This document shows, in pieces, positions 39,601 to 52,110 of a DNA stretch of 64,000 nucleotides. The stretch comes from Azolla caroliniana (Eukaryota > Plantae > Polypodiophyta), in contig JBHGNT010000003.1 in assembly GCA_043228905.1 (NCBI GenBank), forward strand, positions 4,960,001 through 5,024,000. The letters run 5' to 3'. The position numbers and the translations under genes are program-made. Positions within the stretch are counted from its first letter, which is position 1, and the number at the start of each line of letters is the position of its first letter. A model generated the notes under the pieces. The model made no database searches and had not been told where the DNA came from. It was given only the letters and a program-made list of their open reading frames with translations.

Positions 39601-42600
39601 CAGAAGATATGTTGATTTGGTCACATAGGTCAAAATTGGCCTCATCATGGATGATAAAACATCTATTCTCTCTCTCTCTCTCTCTCTCTCAAATCCATTC
39701 GCCCATAGGCTTGGCCTCAAATCCCACCAATTAGTACAATGTGGTTGATAAACTTGCCAAATATATGACTAAACATGTGACCTTATTATGCAAAAAAACA
39801 TTGGAATTTCAAACACATGCTTTTTGACACAAGTTTTTGTAAATCTTCTCACAAATGATAGTTTTTGTGTACCTCAACTGCTGAAGGCCAAACCACAAAC
39901 AATACAAGTACTTCTTCACAAAATTCGAGTCTAAGATGTGTTTATCAAACGCATTTTTATAGATCCCAAAATCAAAAAGCGTTGAGTCAGACTGACAGTT
40001 GTCGAATATTGTCGTGCTACTCTGCCAAGCTTGCCACTCAGAAGTAACGTTTCGTGCACTACAGTAGAGATAATTATATTGGCAGGGAATGGCTGATGCA
40101 GTTGAATTCCTACATTGTTGACGCCAGCATGCATCTTTTCTCTCTATGGCAAGTAAGTACCAGCACGCTCCAATAAACTGCAGATATTGCAATAATGAAT
40201 GTAGGTGTAAATGAAAACACATGTGTCTACATATTTTACTCAAACCTAAGTTTGATATCCTTGATTTTATAACAGGAAATTTGTAGCAACCATTCTACCA
40301 TCAGTCAAATAATCATAAACATTCTTTGCTGTAACTATGTAGGACAATATAGGATATAACTAATTGGCACAGCAAAAACAAAACAAAAATTGAAAGAGGA
40401 ATGGAAAGATGTGGCCTTTTACATTAGATGCCACCAAACAATAAAGTGAACATACAAAATATGCTATTCTCGAAACACAGGATTTTTTAAAATATTTTCC
40501 ATACTATGAGAACCTGAAGAGAGTGCATTGCCAAATCCACTTGTTATTAAATTTTAATTCATTGAAAGTTACTCTTAGATAGGAAGATGAAATCAGATGT
40601 GTAACATTGATACAGCATGAGAGAAGTGTTGGACTTACATGACTACCAAGCATGTAAAGGAGCAAATTATATGCAGCACCTGCCCAGGCTGTTTCTGTGA
40701 CAACACCAGTAGTCTTCACAATTTGCGACAATAACGGGAATATGAGATACAACCTTGGAATGTACTGAAGGAAGACTATGAAACGGAGAGCATTCTTTGT
40801 GTTATATTCGAGCGGCCCATTGGAGGATGGAACGATTATCCAAATAACCACCTACACACAGCATAAACCAAACAAAGACAAAAGAATTCAAAAGCTGAGA
40901 CTGTTGCAGGTTAATGAAGAATGTTCAGATGGATAAGGAGGGGAGTAGAAGAGAGTGTCAGAATAAACACACGAAAAATGCAACACACATAATATCTTCA
41001 TCAAACATAGAAACATTTGCATATCATACTCCATCAACAAAGGGGTAATTTCTGCTGTGTCTTTATAAACAACACATAATGCAAAAACATTAAGAGATCC
41101 AACTGCTTAATGTTAGGATTGTGAAGCAAAGTGAAGGCTCTGGAGAGATCACCGGTGCAGAAACGAAATTAACGCTTCGAAGAAAAAATGTATATGCACA
41201 AGGCCAACAAAGTGATTTAATTTGTATAAGACCAGAAAGTTACACATTATGCACAATAGGATAACTTTTGATTCAGTGTCCATCCACTGCCCAAACTAAA
41301 GTAAATCTGTAAAATAGTCTTACTTGTTGATAAACAGAAATTCAAGGTACTGAACAAACGTTGACAAAGTTAGCAACAAAAGATAGGACTTTATTACCAA
41401 ACATCTTATAATTATATGAGAACTTACTATGGAAGGAGTGAAGAAAAATTAGCTATAAATACCTGAGGAATGGGAAGGACTGAAACAATGTCCAACAAAA
41501 AGTCTTTGCGCAAGTAACGCATTGCGATGGACTTGGAATCAACAACGAGAATCCCCCTCCCGAACACTCGAGATGAGGGTGCTACAAATGCCATTCGGAA
41601 CTGGAGAGCCATGTGGAAGAGGTGGAAGGCATCCGTCACCGTTCGCAGGGTGGTCACCACCACCAGTAGCTGCCGTTGCAGATTGATGCACTTATTATCT
41701 TTAGCCATGGCAGGCACGAAGAAGAAGAAGGGGTCCAGAAACAGAGCCACCAAGCATGACAGCAGGAATATCTTGTTCCATTGTCGTGCAAAGTTTTTAT
41801 TGGGATCCACAATTATCTGTTTGGAAGTCTTATGATCCTCCGCAAAGACCTTGTTCTTGGTTTCTCCAGAGCGTAGGAAAAGTGACCTCCCAAAACTTCT
41901 CACACTTTCCGACCCTTTCCTCACAGAGTCGGATAATAACGAGTATGTATTCCGAGAAGAAGTAATATGCCATTGCTTGAGTGCACTTGCATCACGGTCT
42001 TTGCTCAGCTCATCCTTATACCTACTTATCATGAATCAAAGATGAGATCATTGGGTGATTTATTCCCTTTCCATGGAAGCTCTAGAGAAAATGCAAGGAA
42101 AAACTGAAAGAGTATACTACGCATTGTTCAAACCCCACCTTTTTTCCTGTTCTTATATATCTGATTAATTAACAGAGCATTTTCCAGCCTAATTACATGA
42201 CCACGTTAACTCCCTTATAACAGGAAAATTCTTTAATGTCACTATTGAAAAAACCTAAAACTCTTGCTTGTTAGCCTGATAATAGATAACATGCGCCGTT
42301 GGTATATAGTGCACAAACTTCAGTAGACCTAATCATCAAAATTATAGTAGACAAATGCATTTGCTTAATATGCCTAAACAATCTGGATTCATTTTCTCGC
42401 TCCAAATTGAAGCCGCTGGTAATTAACCAACAGAAGCTCTTCTAGTTAGAAGATGAAATATTTAATGGTTAAGCTTCAAGAACATTCAATTTGTGCCCAA
42501 TGATGAATCCCCATTTTGCACAGAAAGTCTGGTTCTTCCTCTAATAAGATCCATCAAACAAGCAATAGAAAAAGAAACGAATAATACCTGGCATTATTTT

Positions 42601-42616
42601 GGCTAAAGTAACCCAT
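30690..42616 (-). CDS. CNGC: cyclic nucleotide-gated ion channel (group III-like, CNGC14-18 type), 710 aa, 7 coding exons
   Basis: Exons 42616-42588 (MGYFSQNNAR), 42021-41463, 40851-40639, 40177-39873, 38837-38726 (pore SSLGQNL), 38653-38417 (C-linker RLEEWRVK..HRQLP) and 31367-30690 (CNBD GEFCGEEL..WAL; IQ motif IQTAWKRY). All introns are GT-AG and the total is 2133 nt in frame. Confidence 0.95.
31885..32406 (+). CDS. LINE ORF1 C-terminal part (coiled coil + RRM/CTD-like); upstream part broken by a stop
   Basis: WRVGR..RAKALTI....KK.VF..RKALKGEKIYLDDDLT resembles L1/CR1-type ORF1 RNA-binding domains. Confidence 0.7.
   Translation: MAKDAKAQAEHGQNKIKANAPWIEVLKKQKGTSMDRMAMMNATLEEEAKKKAHALHVRVVGWAEKGSPQEDAKNLRTKIGASNITFASAWRVGRDESRAKALTICLMDIDKKKVFLSKRKALKGEKIYLDDDLTPAQVAHRIENMPRVLDARKEGKWAVYRDGKVIITEKRTA
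32413..36121 (+). pseudogene. LINE ORF2 (endonuclease-RT-zinc finger-C-terminal extension), disrupted
   Basis: ORF pieces 32413-32613, 32635-33096, 33056-33523, 33490-34293, 34345-34632, 34605-35222 and 35144-35740, with in-frame continuation to 36121 past a TGA at 35738. Confidence 0.88.
32902..33259. repeat. exact 178-bp tandem duplication inside the LINE endonuclease
   Basis: caaacaactatg...ggatca at 32902 and 33080; 'ca' junction microhomology; causes a frameshift. Confidence 0.95.
36700..38330 (+). mobile_element. older 5'-truncated copy of the same LINE family
   Basis: Homology to 34960-36325 (QFQEP-like segment, WRRPLISMI, MDYEDQYCLGFFLLE, QRIITTFF) and the same 3' terminal motif at 38266-38325. 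Confidence 0.85.
37340..37878. repeat. exact 268-bp tandem duplication in the LINE remnant
   Basis: ccacctagtatg...tttatctcca at 37340 and 37608; 'cca' microhomology. Confidence 0.95.
39380..39690 (+). mobile_element. LINE 3' fragment (related subfamily) with (TC)n tail in a CNGC intron
   Basis: CNENLVEDEYHLLIACS zinc-finger remnant, terminal ggtcacataggtcaaaattggcct, then (TC)n. Confidence 0.7.
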
Positions 42617-42651
42617 CTTGGCATCAGAGTGGTAGAGTCACGAGTGAGAGA

Positions 42652-42654
<3 letters not shown>

Positions 42655-42693
<39 letters not shown>

Positions 42694-42979
42694 CTGCAGG
42701 TGTATCTGCAAGCTGCTGCTAATGGAGAGAATCAGAGCCTGCCATAGCTAAAGACAGAGAGACAGAGAGAGACCGATCGATCTGATAGAGCAATCAAAGC
42801 ATTGACCTTCTTTTGCTATACATCCTCAGCTGTAAGAACTTAGAAGATAAGAAAATTACTCTGTTTTTTTTTCCTTTGTTGTTGTCTTCTTCCAATTTCC
42901 AAAAGCTAAAAAAACAAGAAAATGAAAATGAAAAAGCTTAACATATCCAGAAAAAAAAACAGAGCATGAGCTTCAGAAA

Positions 42980-43027
<48 letters not shown>
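42655..43027. repeat. (GA)n and (TC)n microsatellites in the CNGC 5' UTR/promoter
   Basis: (GA)n at about 42655-42692 and (TC)n at about 42984-43027. Confidence 0.9.
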
Positions 43028-43030
<3 letters not shown>

Positions 43031-43377
43031 AAGACCATGTCAAGGACACACGGCATCGGCTTTGGCATCGGCTTCGGCTTCGGTCGGACCGGCCATAACA
43101 CCACACCTGCCCACCAGGTACTTTGCCCAAGACAACAATCCCACATCCAGAGTTATTACATCCCTCGTGAAGTTCACCCGAGCAAGGGCTTATTAGCTTC
43201 CCCCCCAATCTGCCGGCGTTCAGAACCTGCCTTTTTACTCACCTGTAATTCAAATCGGAAAAGTTGCGCGAGAGACTGGGAAGCTCTTTTCTTTTGTTGA
43301 TTATGACAGGTGGTTTTGTTGGGTTCCTTGCTTAGTTAGCATGATGAATGCATGCCCTCTTGGCCATCCACTTTTCA

Positions 43378-43714
43378 ATGAGGTCGTTTCACTGCGACGA
43401 GAATTTGGGAATCCAAAAGAGCTTTGGGAACTGGTCAGCTTTTCGATCAAAATGCTAATATTATTAACCACTGCTACGTTAGAGAAGATGAGTGATAGGC
43501 CTATCACATCCCTTTTTACTTTCTCACTTTCCATATGTTGTTTCACTAAGGTCATTTCACTCTGATGAGAATTTGGGAATCCAAAAGAGCTTTGGGAACT
43601 GGTCAGCTTTTCGATCAAAATGCTAATATTATTAACCACTGCTACGTTAGAGAAGATGAGTGATAGGCCTATCACATCCCTTTTTACTTTCTCACTTCCC
43701 ATAAGTTGTTTTCA
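43378..43714. repeat. 168-bp near-exact tandem duplication upstream of CNGC
   Basis: gaatttgggaatcc at 43401 and 43569. Confidence 0.92.
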
Positions 43715-44328
43715 TCGTTACAATGTCACAGTACCTCTCATGTATTGTTCTCACGAGCATAGTAGCCAACAAACACATATCGATTCAAACAATAAATTTC
43801 ACTTTTAGGCCATTGTAAAAACTTTAGCACCGTTACATTTTGGATCAATTCTTTGTACGACTAAGCTTGCGAACGATGGAATTCTACTTCATCTTTTATA
43901 ACAACATGGAGAATGGGACTCATTATATTACCGAACGGTTGACCACACTTCTTCTTCATTTTGGACAATGCATAATTGTCCAAATCCAATCATTAAAAGA
44001 GAAATGATCAAAATTGCCCCTTCAATATGACTCACGAGTATATTGACTCGGCCTTTGATATTTCTAGATATAAATATTGATATATGCCAATTATAAAAAA
44101 GTTTTGCATTTTCCTAATATTTTGTCAATAAAAGGCTCATCTCACACCACCATTGAAATATTGACCAACATCTTTTATCACTTGAAATATCCCGGTACAT
44201 GGTACGCAATTCATTGCATCTTCATCACGACTTTATCACTTTAAATGTCTAGTAATGAGAGAGGCTAGATGTGAAATGTGATATTGAGTAATAGAGGGAA
44301 ATAAATCATTTTTCTATTGTCCACTAAC

Positions 44329-44329
<1 letters not shown>

Positions 44330-44392
<63 letters not shown>
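44330..44392. repeat. (AG)n microsatellite, about 31 units
   Basis: Direct observation. Confidence 0.95.
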
Positions 44393-44396
<4 letters not shown>

Positions 44397-44499
44397 TGTG
44401 TGTTATATGAGCACATAAAACATATCCCATGTAGGGGTTCTTTTGATGGTATATGTATATTCTATAGCTAAGTTTAATGGGTTAAAGGGTATAATATAT

Positions 44500-45300
44500 A
44501 TCATAAGTATCCAAAAAGTTCAAAATGGACATTGTGAAAAGTCATTGGCAAGTTCTTCATACATGAAGGGTACCATTGACTCTGACATCAAGTTTGACCA
44601 AGGGATTACAAAAGTTGGAGATCTAAAGGAAAGTTCAACGTTTCTTGTGTCTAAGAGAAAATATCATGAATGCCATAGAGAAACAATATGAAGAGGTAGA
44701 TCTCCTCTTGGAAAGCAAGTACAAGGTGGCAAACTATGTGACAAATGGTGTGCATAAGCACAAACCACCACTTGGAGTGCAATCAACAAGTGGCATATAT
44801 TAACATGGTTGATGGGTTAACGATTTGGGTTTTAAAAAAATGATTGTTTCGAAGGGAATTATGAAGAAAGTTGTATATTTACTCTTGCAATTCACCATTG
44901 AGTTGCATTTATGTTGGCTCACTAACGGGCACATGAGCGAGAGCCCCTTTTAAAACAAACCCATTGTGATAGTCTCATGTTGATGCTCTATTGCTCTCAA
45001 TTGGTTTTTTGTGCCAAACATGTGTTAGTGCATACTCTATTTTCCAAGTGATAATTAGCATGACATCATAACTATATAGGTTATGCATTTGTTACACAAC
45101 ATGAATTATAGAGGTGAGATCTAGTAGTAACGGTGGCAATAATTGATGAAGGTTTGACAACACTCAATCAAGCACCATAGTTAGCTTCAATAAGTGGTGT
45201 TGAAAGTGGGACTCTTAGAGTGGTGGGATCATGACTACCCATAACACGTCATGGAAGCTCAAGCTCTCCACAATGTTTTAGTCTTTAAGCTTCTAGAATA
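44500..45300. mobile_element. degenerate copia RT/RNase H remnants
   Basis: YMKGTIDSDIKF resembles RYLKGT.DYGI; other motifs are very weak. Confidence 0.35.
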
Positions 45301-45839
45301 GATGTTGAGTTGGTCATGATCTCTTTGATAGTTGTAAAATTGTTAATTTATAAATGGTAGAATTTGCACACCTTGTGTGCAGTTATGTTTTGGAAAGGTA
45401 TATATATATATCTCACCATAATAAATTGCTTGGACCCTCACCCTAAGCTTGTAACTTACGCATTTGAACTCCATCTTGCATTGTGGGAGGTGGATCTAAA
45501 ATGGAGGGGTCTCTGAAGCGAGGGAAACACCTACGATTGTGGGAGATAATGGCCTTATCTGTGAACAAAAATGGTGGTGAGATTGTGATCCATGGGGTCG
45601 GGAGCTCATTTGTGCAACCCTTGATTGACTTGTAGCATTAGTAGGAGTTAAAGAAAGTTGTGATTTTTCTTTGTGGATTAGCTTGTGTGGTTGTATTGTT
45701 GTCCTTCAAAAACTTTTCCTTGTGCCTCTTGAGTTCTAGCAAAAAAATTCCTAGGAACTGTTGGTTCTCATATTCCATTACATTGTATACTGGGCCAACT
45801 CCTTGTTTAAAGAGGCAATGCTATCTCCCTCTTATTTCT

Positions 45840-47320
45840 TAAAAGACACTATAGTGCCAAACATAGTGCTTTTCAGATTCCACTCCTTGCTAACACAATT
45901 AACAACTTTTTTCTTCTAGAGGTATTTGTGCATATTTGCCCACCTTAATCTCTAACTCACGTGATGAAGTTCATAGCTGCCCTATCACACTCCACAACAA
46001 ATAGGATAGATGTATGTCCATATAAAGTGGCTTGATGATGAATCCATCCTCTGATGTGTATAAAACGTATGTCTTGTAGTGGGCCATCATCGTACCAAGT
46101 GATACTTTGGGGTTGATCCATGTTATCTTTTTTCCAAGTTAATAATATCAATTCGGATCACTCTATATTCTTTTCCACTTTGGTCATGTTTAGATGGGGG
46201 CAATCCAAACTATATTGGAATAGGGATAGTGCATTTATGCTTATGCTATGTGACTCAAACAATTGTTGCATTTAAGCGTACCAACGATGAGTGTCTCCAC
46301 ATTCAGCCAATTGTCTCGATGACATAGATGCCAACCTTGAGTACCTTCCTTCAAGGAGCTCCCAAAGACATAGGATACAAGTCATTGATCAAAATAATGC
46401 CTCAATGATCATAGGGGTTAGTCCCACCTCTACTTGAATTATATCATGGGGCAACAATGTTTTGCTCATTATCGTACGCACAATCATCGACATTAAAGGT
46501 CTCTCTACATCTTTCTAGTAATTTCCCTTGTTAAGACTTGGTCCCACGTTTCTATTCCATAGAGAAGTTGGCGTCACAAGTGTATCAAATAGCCACAATT
46601 TAGTTTGTGGCTCTAGGAACCGCAAATGTGCACATTATCTTTCCAAAACACCAACGACTGCATATCCACGAGAAAGTTGGGCAAAAGGATCCTCGCATAA
46701 GGAGAACCTAGGCCTTGTAAATGTTACTCCTAGGTATGTATAGGAGTGTGTGTATTCCAACTTTTCTTCTCCTAAGAAGAATTCTAGTTCTAATCTTGTT
46801 ACCCATGCTTGAGTGGTGTTAAACACCATCACTTTAGTTTTATCCATGTTCGTCGTCAAACCTTTGTCTGTACAAAACAGTTTTAAGGCATTTAGATGTC
46901 TTTGTAGTCCATTCGGAGAGTAAAAAATCAACACAATATCATCAACATATATCAATATTTGTATATCTCCGAGCCCCCAAATCTCCTATGTAATGTGATA
47001 CTTCATTTACATAGAGACAAAAGAGAGTGGACGATAGTAGGCATCCTTGTTTCACTCCAATTGTGACCGCACTTTTCTTGACACGGATGCATACAGTGCA
47101 TAGATTCCCCAATGCGTATATGTAGGGACACCAAGGGCGTCTAGCTATTGCATAAACCGAGCATGCGACACAATGTCAAAGGCTCTTCGGAAACCCACAA
47201 GCAGCAATATATCCTCCAGGCTCTTATTATGGGCTCTGACCTCCTCAATAAGGGCTCGGAGGGTCAATATGTGACCCAAAAGTAGTGAACCCCTTCCGAA
47301 AGCCTGCCTGGCCAGCTGAA
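45840..47320 (-). mobile_element. 5'-truncated RTE-X-like LINE copy
   Basis: AGFRKGFTT, HILTLRALIEE and YVDDIVLI..PNGLQRHLNALKLFCTDKGL..DKTKVMVFN are very similar to 34310-35700. Confidence 0.9.
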
Positions 47321-48479
47321 TTGCTCGACGAAGAAGATTTGTGGATAGGAATTGTTCCAACATCAGTGGGGATATAGATTCTGCAATCTTTGCAAGATTT
47401 ATGAAGAGATGGGCAGGAACCCAAAACAGTTTCCGAGGGCAAAATGGCCCAAATATGGTAGGTAACAAGGGACATACAACCCATGAATCCTAAGGCAAAA
47501 GCCAGAAGCCAAACAGCTTTTGTTTCAGGGTCAGTTAAGAATTTTCGTCTGCACTTTTCTGAGCACAAGAGACTGCAGAGAATTGGCCGTTCAAGGAAGT
47601 GGTTAGAGTCAGATCCACAAGACTCATGGAGGAATAACACCCCAGCATTCCTTTCTCTAACTTCATCCCTACACTCCTTTCAAGATAAACAAAACACCCG
47701 CATTTTCTTAATTTCCTCATTGTGTTTCAACAGAAATTACACGGAAATGCCCCAAAATGAGCCCATCTGTTTCCTAATGCTATGTTATATATTGCAGCTC
47801 TTATCAACAAGCTCATGTCACCACTTTTATGAACATTTACAAGTTCATGCCACAAGTATGCTGGCTTAAAACCTGATACAGATGTTGTGTGAACATGATT
47901 CTTGTCTTCGTAATAAAGAAGATAAGAAAAGAGAGGATGGCATTGATCAATGTGGTCGACTGCATCAAAACATCCCAGATTTACCTAAAGATGTGGTTCA
48001 CATCGTACAAGCAAAAGAGCTTTACCAATGTCCAAATTTCATTCACAAATTTCACCCATCACTAAATTAGTGACCCACATGGTATTTGATAAAGAAACAT
48101 ACTTGTACATAGGCGCATAGATTGCAACATTACATTTAAACAACACAAAAGGGAAGGATTTAGATGATCATACATTCACATATAAGAAACTGAGTATGCC
48201 AGGTGAGTACTTGAGATTCGAGCCTATGTTGATTACAATTTACAAACTTAAATCAAGAAAGGAAATCTTTTCCAGTTTTAACATTCATAAGATAAAGCTT
48301 AAGTATCAACAACAATCTACAAGACTTGAAATGTAATGATTGTGGCACGACATAAGACTCAAAAGTAGCCAAGGAACTCTCATTCATTAAACAATCATAT
48401 GGCATAGCTGAGTATTAACAACAATGAAGGTAATGATGAGACTCAAGAGTACCAATCAGCATCGCCAACATCAAGAGAC

Positions 48480-49477
48480 TCAAAAGTAACCATCACCGCG
48501 GCCCTTGAACCCAATTTGGCCCAAAGTGAGGGTAATGAAGAGTCCAAGGTGCCATGTGACCAACCATAACCTAACAAAACCAATACATGTAGGGGCAGCT
48601 CAGAAATCTATCCATCTAATACAAGATCTATCTCCATAGCCATGATGTTCAAGAGTACTCACCAGAATGGGGAGTCTACGGCCGGCCCTGTTGGCCAGTG
48701 TGCCAGCTCGGGCCCAATGCTGTTGAAGAACAGGGATGTCAGGCTCTGTCCATTAATTGCTGGGATGCTGGATGGAGCCAGCCAGCCAATCAACCCGAAC
48801 CCAATCACCGACAGATCCCTGCGCAACCAGTCCCGCACGAAGCTGCACATTGTCTGTTGTAAGTGAGGGGCCAATCGCGCAGATGCATCATCATCATACC
48901 ATTATCAAATTCATTTATTTATCCATTGTATTGATGGGCATAAATTATTACCCACATCATGCTACCGAAAATTCATGATTAATGGCAAGCACAAATTTTC
49001 TTTTATGAATTGTTCCTGTAATTCGAATCCGCAATGCAATGAATGAATGAATGAATTGCAGCGCAACTTATGTTGACTCGAATACATTTCTTTGCCTGGT
49101 TAAGCTAAGGATCAAATCAGAGCTTAAGTTGTATTATGACTCTACCATGTCACGCGAGCCTTGTTTTGGCAGCGTAGAAGTGCGGAAGCGCCATGGCCGG
49201 CAGTGGTATTGGTAGAAAGGAAAGCTTTCAAGGTAAACAAAACCAGAACACATGTTCAGTGTTTGAGCTTTATACTGAGGAATTAGGGCTAACCAACAAA
49301 TAAGGGAGGAATTCTAATCTAATGATTTAAGGCAGGTATTTTACATGAAGAGAGGCAGAGCGGTGTTCTTGCCGACCGCCGAGGCTGCATTGACGATGAT
49401 GACGATGATGATGAAGCCATTGCGAGGGAGGGCAGTCCGACTGCCCGAGCAGCAAGAGTGGTCGAAGTGGCGGCCAT
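48480..49477 (-). CDS. PsaO: photosystem I subunit O, chloroplast precursor (160 aa, 4 exons)
   Basis: Exons 49477-49345, 49224-49146, 48842-48663 and 48570-48480. Ser/Ala-rich transit peptide, then RDWLRRDLSVIGFGLIGWLAPSSIPAING...FWLWLVTWHLGLF..TLGQIGFKGR. Confidence 0.97.
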
Positions 49478-49710
49478 GGTGTCCTTTGGGGATGAAAGGG
49501 AGGATGGGTTTAGGTCTGCTTAAGTGTGTTTGTTCTGATGAATTGCAATGAGGAATGGCAATGGGGTCTGGTTTGTGTCTCTCTGTATGGATAGGATGAG
49601 GCAGGGGAGAAACAGAGTGTGTGTATGTGTGTGTGTGTGTGGATAAAGAGGGATGCATCAACAAATCCCATATTTCCCTTGCTTTTGCAATCCAATCAGA
49701 TATCTCCAAA

Positions 49711-49720
49711 CCTTATCCAC
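49711..49720 (-). promoter_or_regulatory. I-box (GGATAAG) upstream of PsaO
   Basis: GTGGATAAGG on the minus strand about 240 bp upstream of the ATG; typical of light-regulated photosynthesis genes. Confidence 0.4.
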
Positions 49721-50869
49721 TTTTTCATCATCCACAGTTTCGAGCCAAATCTGAGCCCGAGTTCTCGTTATATCAAATATTTAGTACCATTTTATGTATT
49801 CGTCAGGGTCGAGCCCCATCCCGAACTGAGCTCTCATTCCTTCATCTTCTCCTCCTCACTCCGATGTCATATATTTAGTTGCGTGTTACATCAAATATTA
49901 ATATAGATGTGGGGTAGGGCAGTACAACAAAAAACTGCTGAATGCCCCGCTCACATTCGTAGTGAGGCTAACCCTACGAAATGTTGCAACGAACATTGGT
50001 CGGGCATGACAACCAACTCCTTCGATGCAAACTTGTATTAGCACAAGTTAAGTTGCAAAGTGTTACCTTTGTCTTGGCCGACCAAGGAACATGTTTTACT
50101 CACTCCACACTTACTTTGCAAAAATGGCAGTTTCCATTACCCGTATGTCCCTCGTATTTGACCTCATGAAACAATGACAAACTCTTTCTTGCTCTCTTGA
50201 TTCCCTAGATTGAGTCTAAATTCCATTCATTACATGTAGCCATCCTTAATAGAAGAGCATGCATGGCATCTTGCTAACAATGAGATTTTTTATGCTCACT
50301 CTACATGGTCTGCATTCCACGAGGCATACATTCAATTATCTCCAAGGGCGATGGATGCATGAAACGAGGCTAACAAGGTTAACCTTACCAATGCTTGAGA
50401 GTGTGCATGGACTTCACGATACTTCGTGGGCCACATTAAAATGAACACAATAAGGGGGAGACATGTGTTGGAACCTCAATATCTGACATTGAGCAATTTA
50501 AGAGCCTATAAACACAACGTAAGCATAGCGACGGGTCATTCATTCCTTCTGGACTATTGTCGACGATGACATTTGCTAGTGCGAATGAGACGTGTCCAAT
50601 GGCACTCAAAACACCCATGAATATACACATATACATGCATGTGATTTTGTAGAAGAGAACCTTTCTTCACACATGTAGCGGCCTAACTTTGTTACACGAT
50701 GATTCAAAGGGAAATAATTCAGATTGAATATGCCATTTTGATGGACCAACAAGCTTCTGGACCGGGTCAATGCACCTTAAATCCACAGCAAATGCTCTGT
50801 ACCCCTGGTACACTGCCATGCATCATCACACCACAAAGAGACATATATCGAAACCTGAGTAAGGTAGGT

Positions 50870-50990
50870 TGGGCTCTCTCTGTATATATGTGTGTATGAT
50901 GTATATGTATTAGGTTTCAGAAGCTGAGAATTTCTTTCCACACATATTTGTAGAAATTAGGGTTTCCACCCGCAAGAAGGAGACGCAGGG
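50870..50990 (+). promoter_or_regulatory. probable promoter and 5'-UTR exon of the GFA/CENP-V gene
   Basis: Site-II motif TGGGCT near 50870, telo-box TTAGGGTTT near 50957, possible donor cagg/GTATC near 50990, and acceptor gcagcag/ near 54692. Confidence 0.4.
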
Positions 50991-51130
50991 TATCATCGTT
51001 CTTTTCTTTCAGTAATCTGTATGTTCATGACTTTGATTTGCTCATTGTCCAGGAGCTTCGTCTCCAATGATATCTATATGTGTATGTGTATATGGGTCAG
51101 TTTCAATAATTTCATTTGGCCGCGTCAATG

Positions 51131-51580
51131 TGAAATTCCACACCCCGTATGTGGAGGAGTTCGGTATATATACTGAAGGAGTATGTAAAGCCCAATCCCT
51201 ATCTCTTGCAATACATATAATGGAGACACAATCTCGGTTATGTATTCACATTTTACAAGATTCTTGCCTGCATGACAAGAATCAAGAACATATACAAACT
51301 TATTATACAAAACTCCGCAGCATAGTTTTTCTCATGTTGAGATGTGTATATGGACCAATGTCATCTTGCCTTGATGTTGGCGGTCCGCCTTATGGAGAAG
51401 ATCATTATTCATTCATTTTATTTTACATGTAGCCTTATATATCAGAAGGTTTAGGTTCATTGAATTTTTTTCCCATCTGGCAAGTAAAAAGGCATGAGAT
51501 ACATTGTCTATGTTCATTCTGTTTTATATGATTATCTCATATACATACTCATCAACTTGATCTTTCATGGTATCAGAGCC
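51131..51580 (+). mobile_element. LTR plus tRNA-iMet PBS of a truncated LTR retroelement
   Basis: TGAAA...TTTCA (51131-51567) followed directly by TGGTATCAGAGCC. Confidence 0.6.
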
Positions 51581-51939
51581 CATGTTTCTGGTCTAACTTA
51601 AGTTTTGTTAATTTTGCTTCTTGGCCTTCCCATTGGTTCATTTGGCTTGCTATTGATGTCTTTGTCCACTTTCTCTAGATTTCTTGTTATCTTCAACTTC
51701 TCCTTCTTTTTGTGCTTATGTATGTTCACATAGGATGCCCTCTTTGCCTTTCTTTATGAACCCCATGGAAGGTGGCCATGTAAGAAGGCGGTTTTCACAT
51801 TGATTTGGACCAAGACCAAATCATCCATGGTCACTAGTCCAAGCCTGCATCACAATGTAGCCAATCTGAACATAAATGAGAAATTTTGATTGATGTTGAT
51901 CCATTAGCAACCATTCTAAGCTTGGGACAAGGTTTTTTT

Positions 51940-52110
51940 TGGAGTGACCCTCAGCTTTGAAACGCGTTGGAGTGACCTTCAACTTGAAGACCCATTTGCA
52001 TGGCATGTCTTATTTTGCCATAAGGCATCCTTTTGGAGTGTATATCTTGTAGCACCGGCACTCAGATTATGCCTGAAAGCCTCCTCATAGACTTTTTCAT
52101 GACACAAGGA
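51940..52110 (-). mobile_element. copia RT N-terminal remnant
   Basis: YEEAF...NKT...PCKWVFKLKVT..RFKA. Confidence 0.6.

Noticed and set aside
42030-42032. ATG as the CNGC start codon
   Set aside because: It lies just upstream of a TAG acceptor at 42022-42024; splicing from the 42616-42588 exon gives a CNGC-like N-terminus in frame.
43301-43702. 133-aa ORF with an internal repeat
   Set aside because: Produced by the 168-bp (in-frame) tandem duplication; no protein family recognised.
49918-50818. Possible TIR element (GGCAGT...ACTGCC) between PsaO and the GFA gene
   Set aside because: The inverted match is only about 6 bp and there is no clear TSD.
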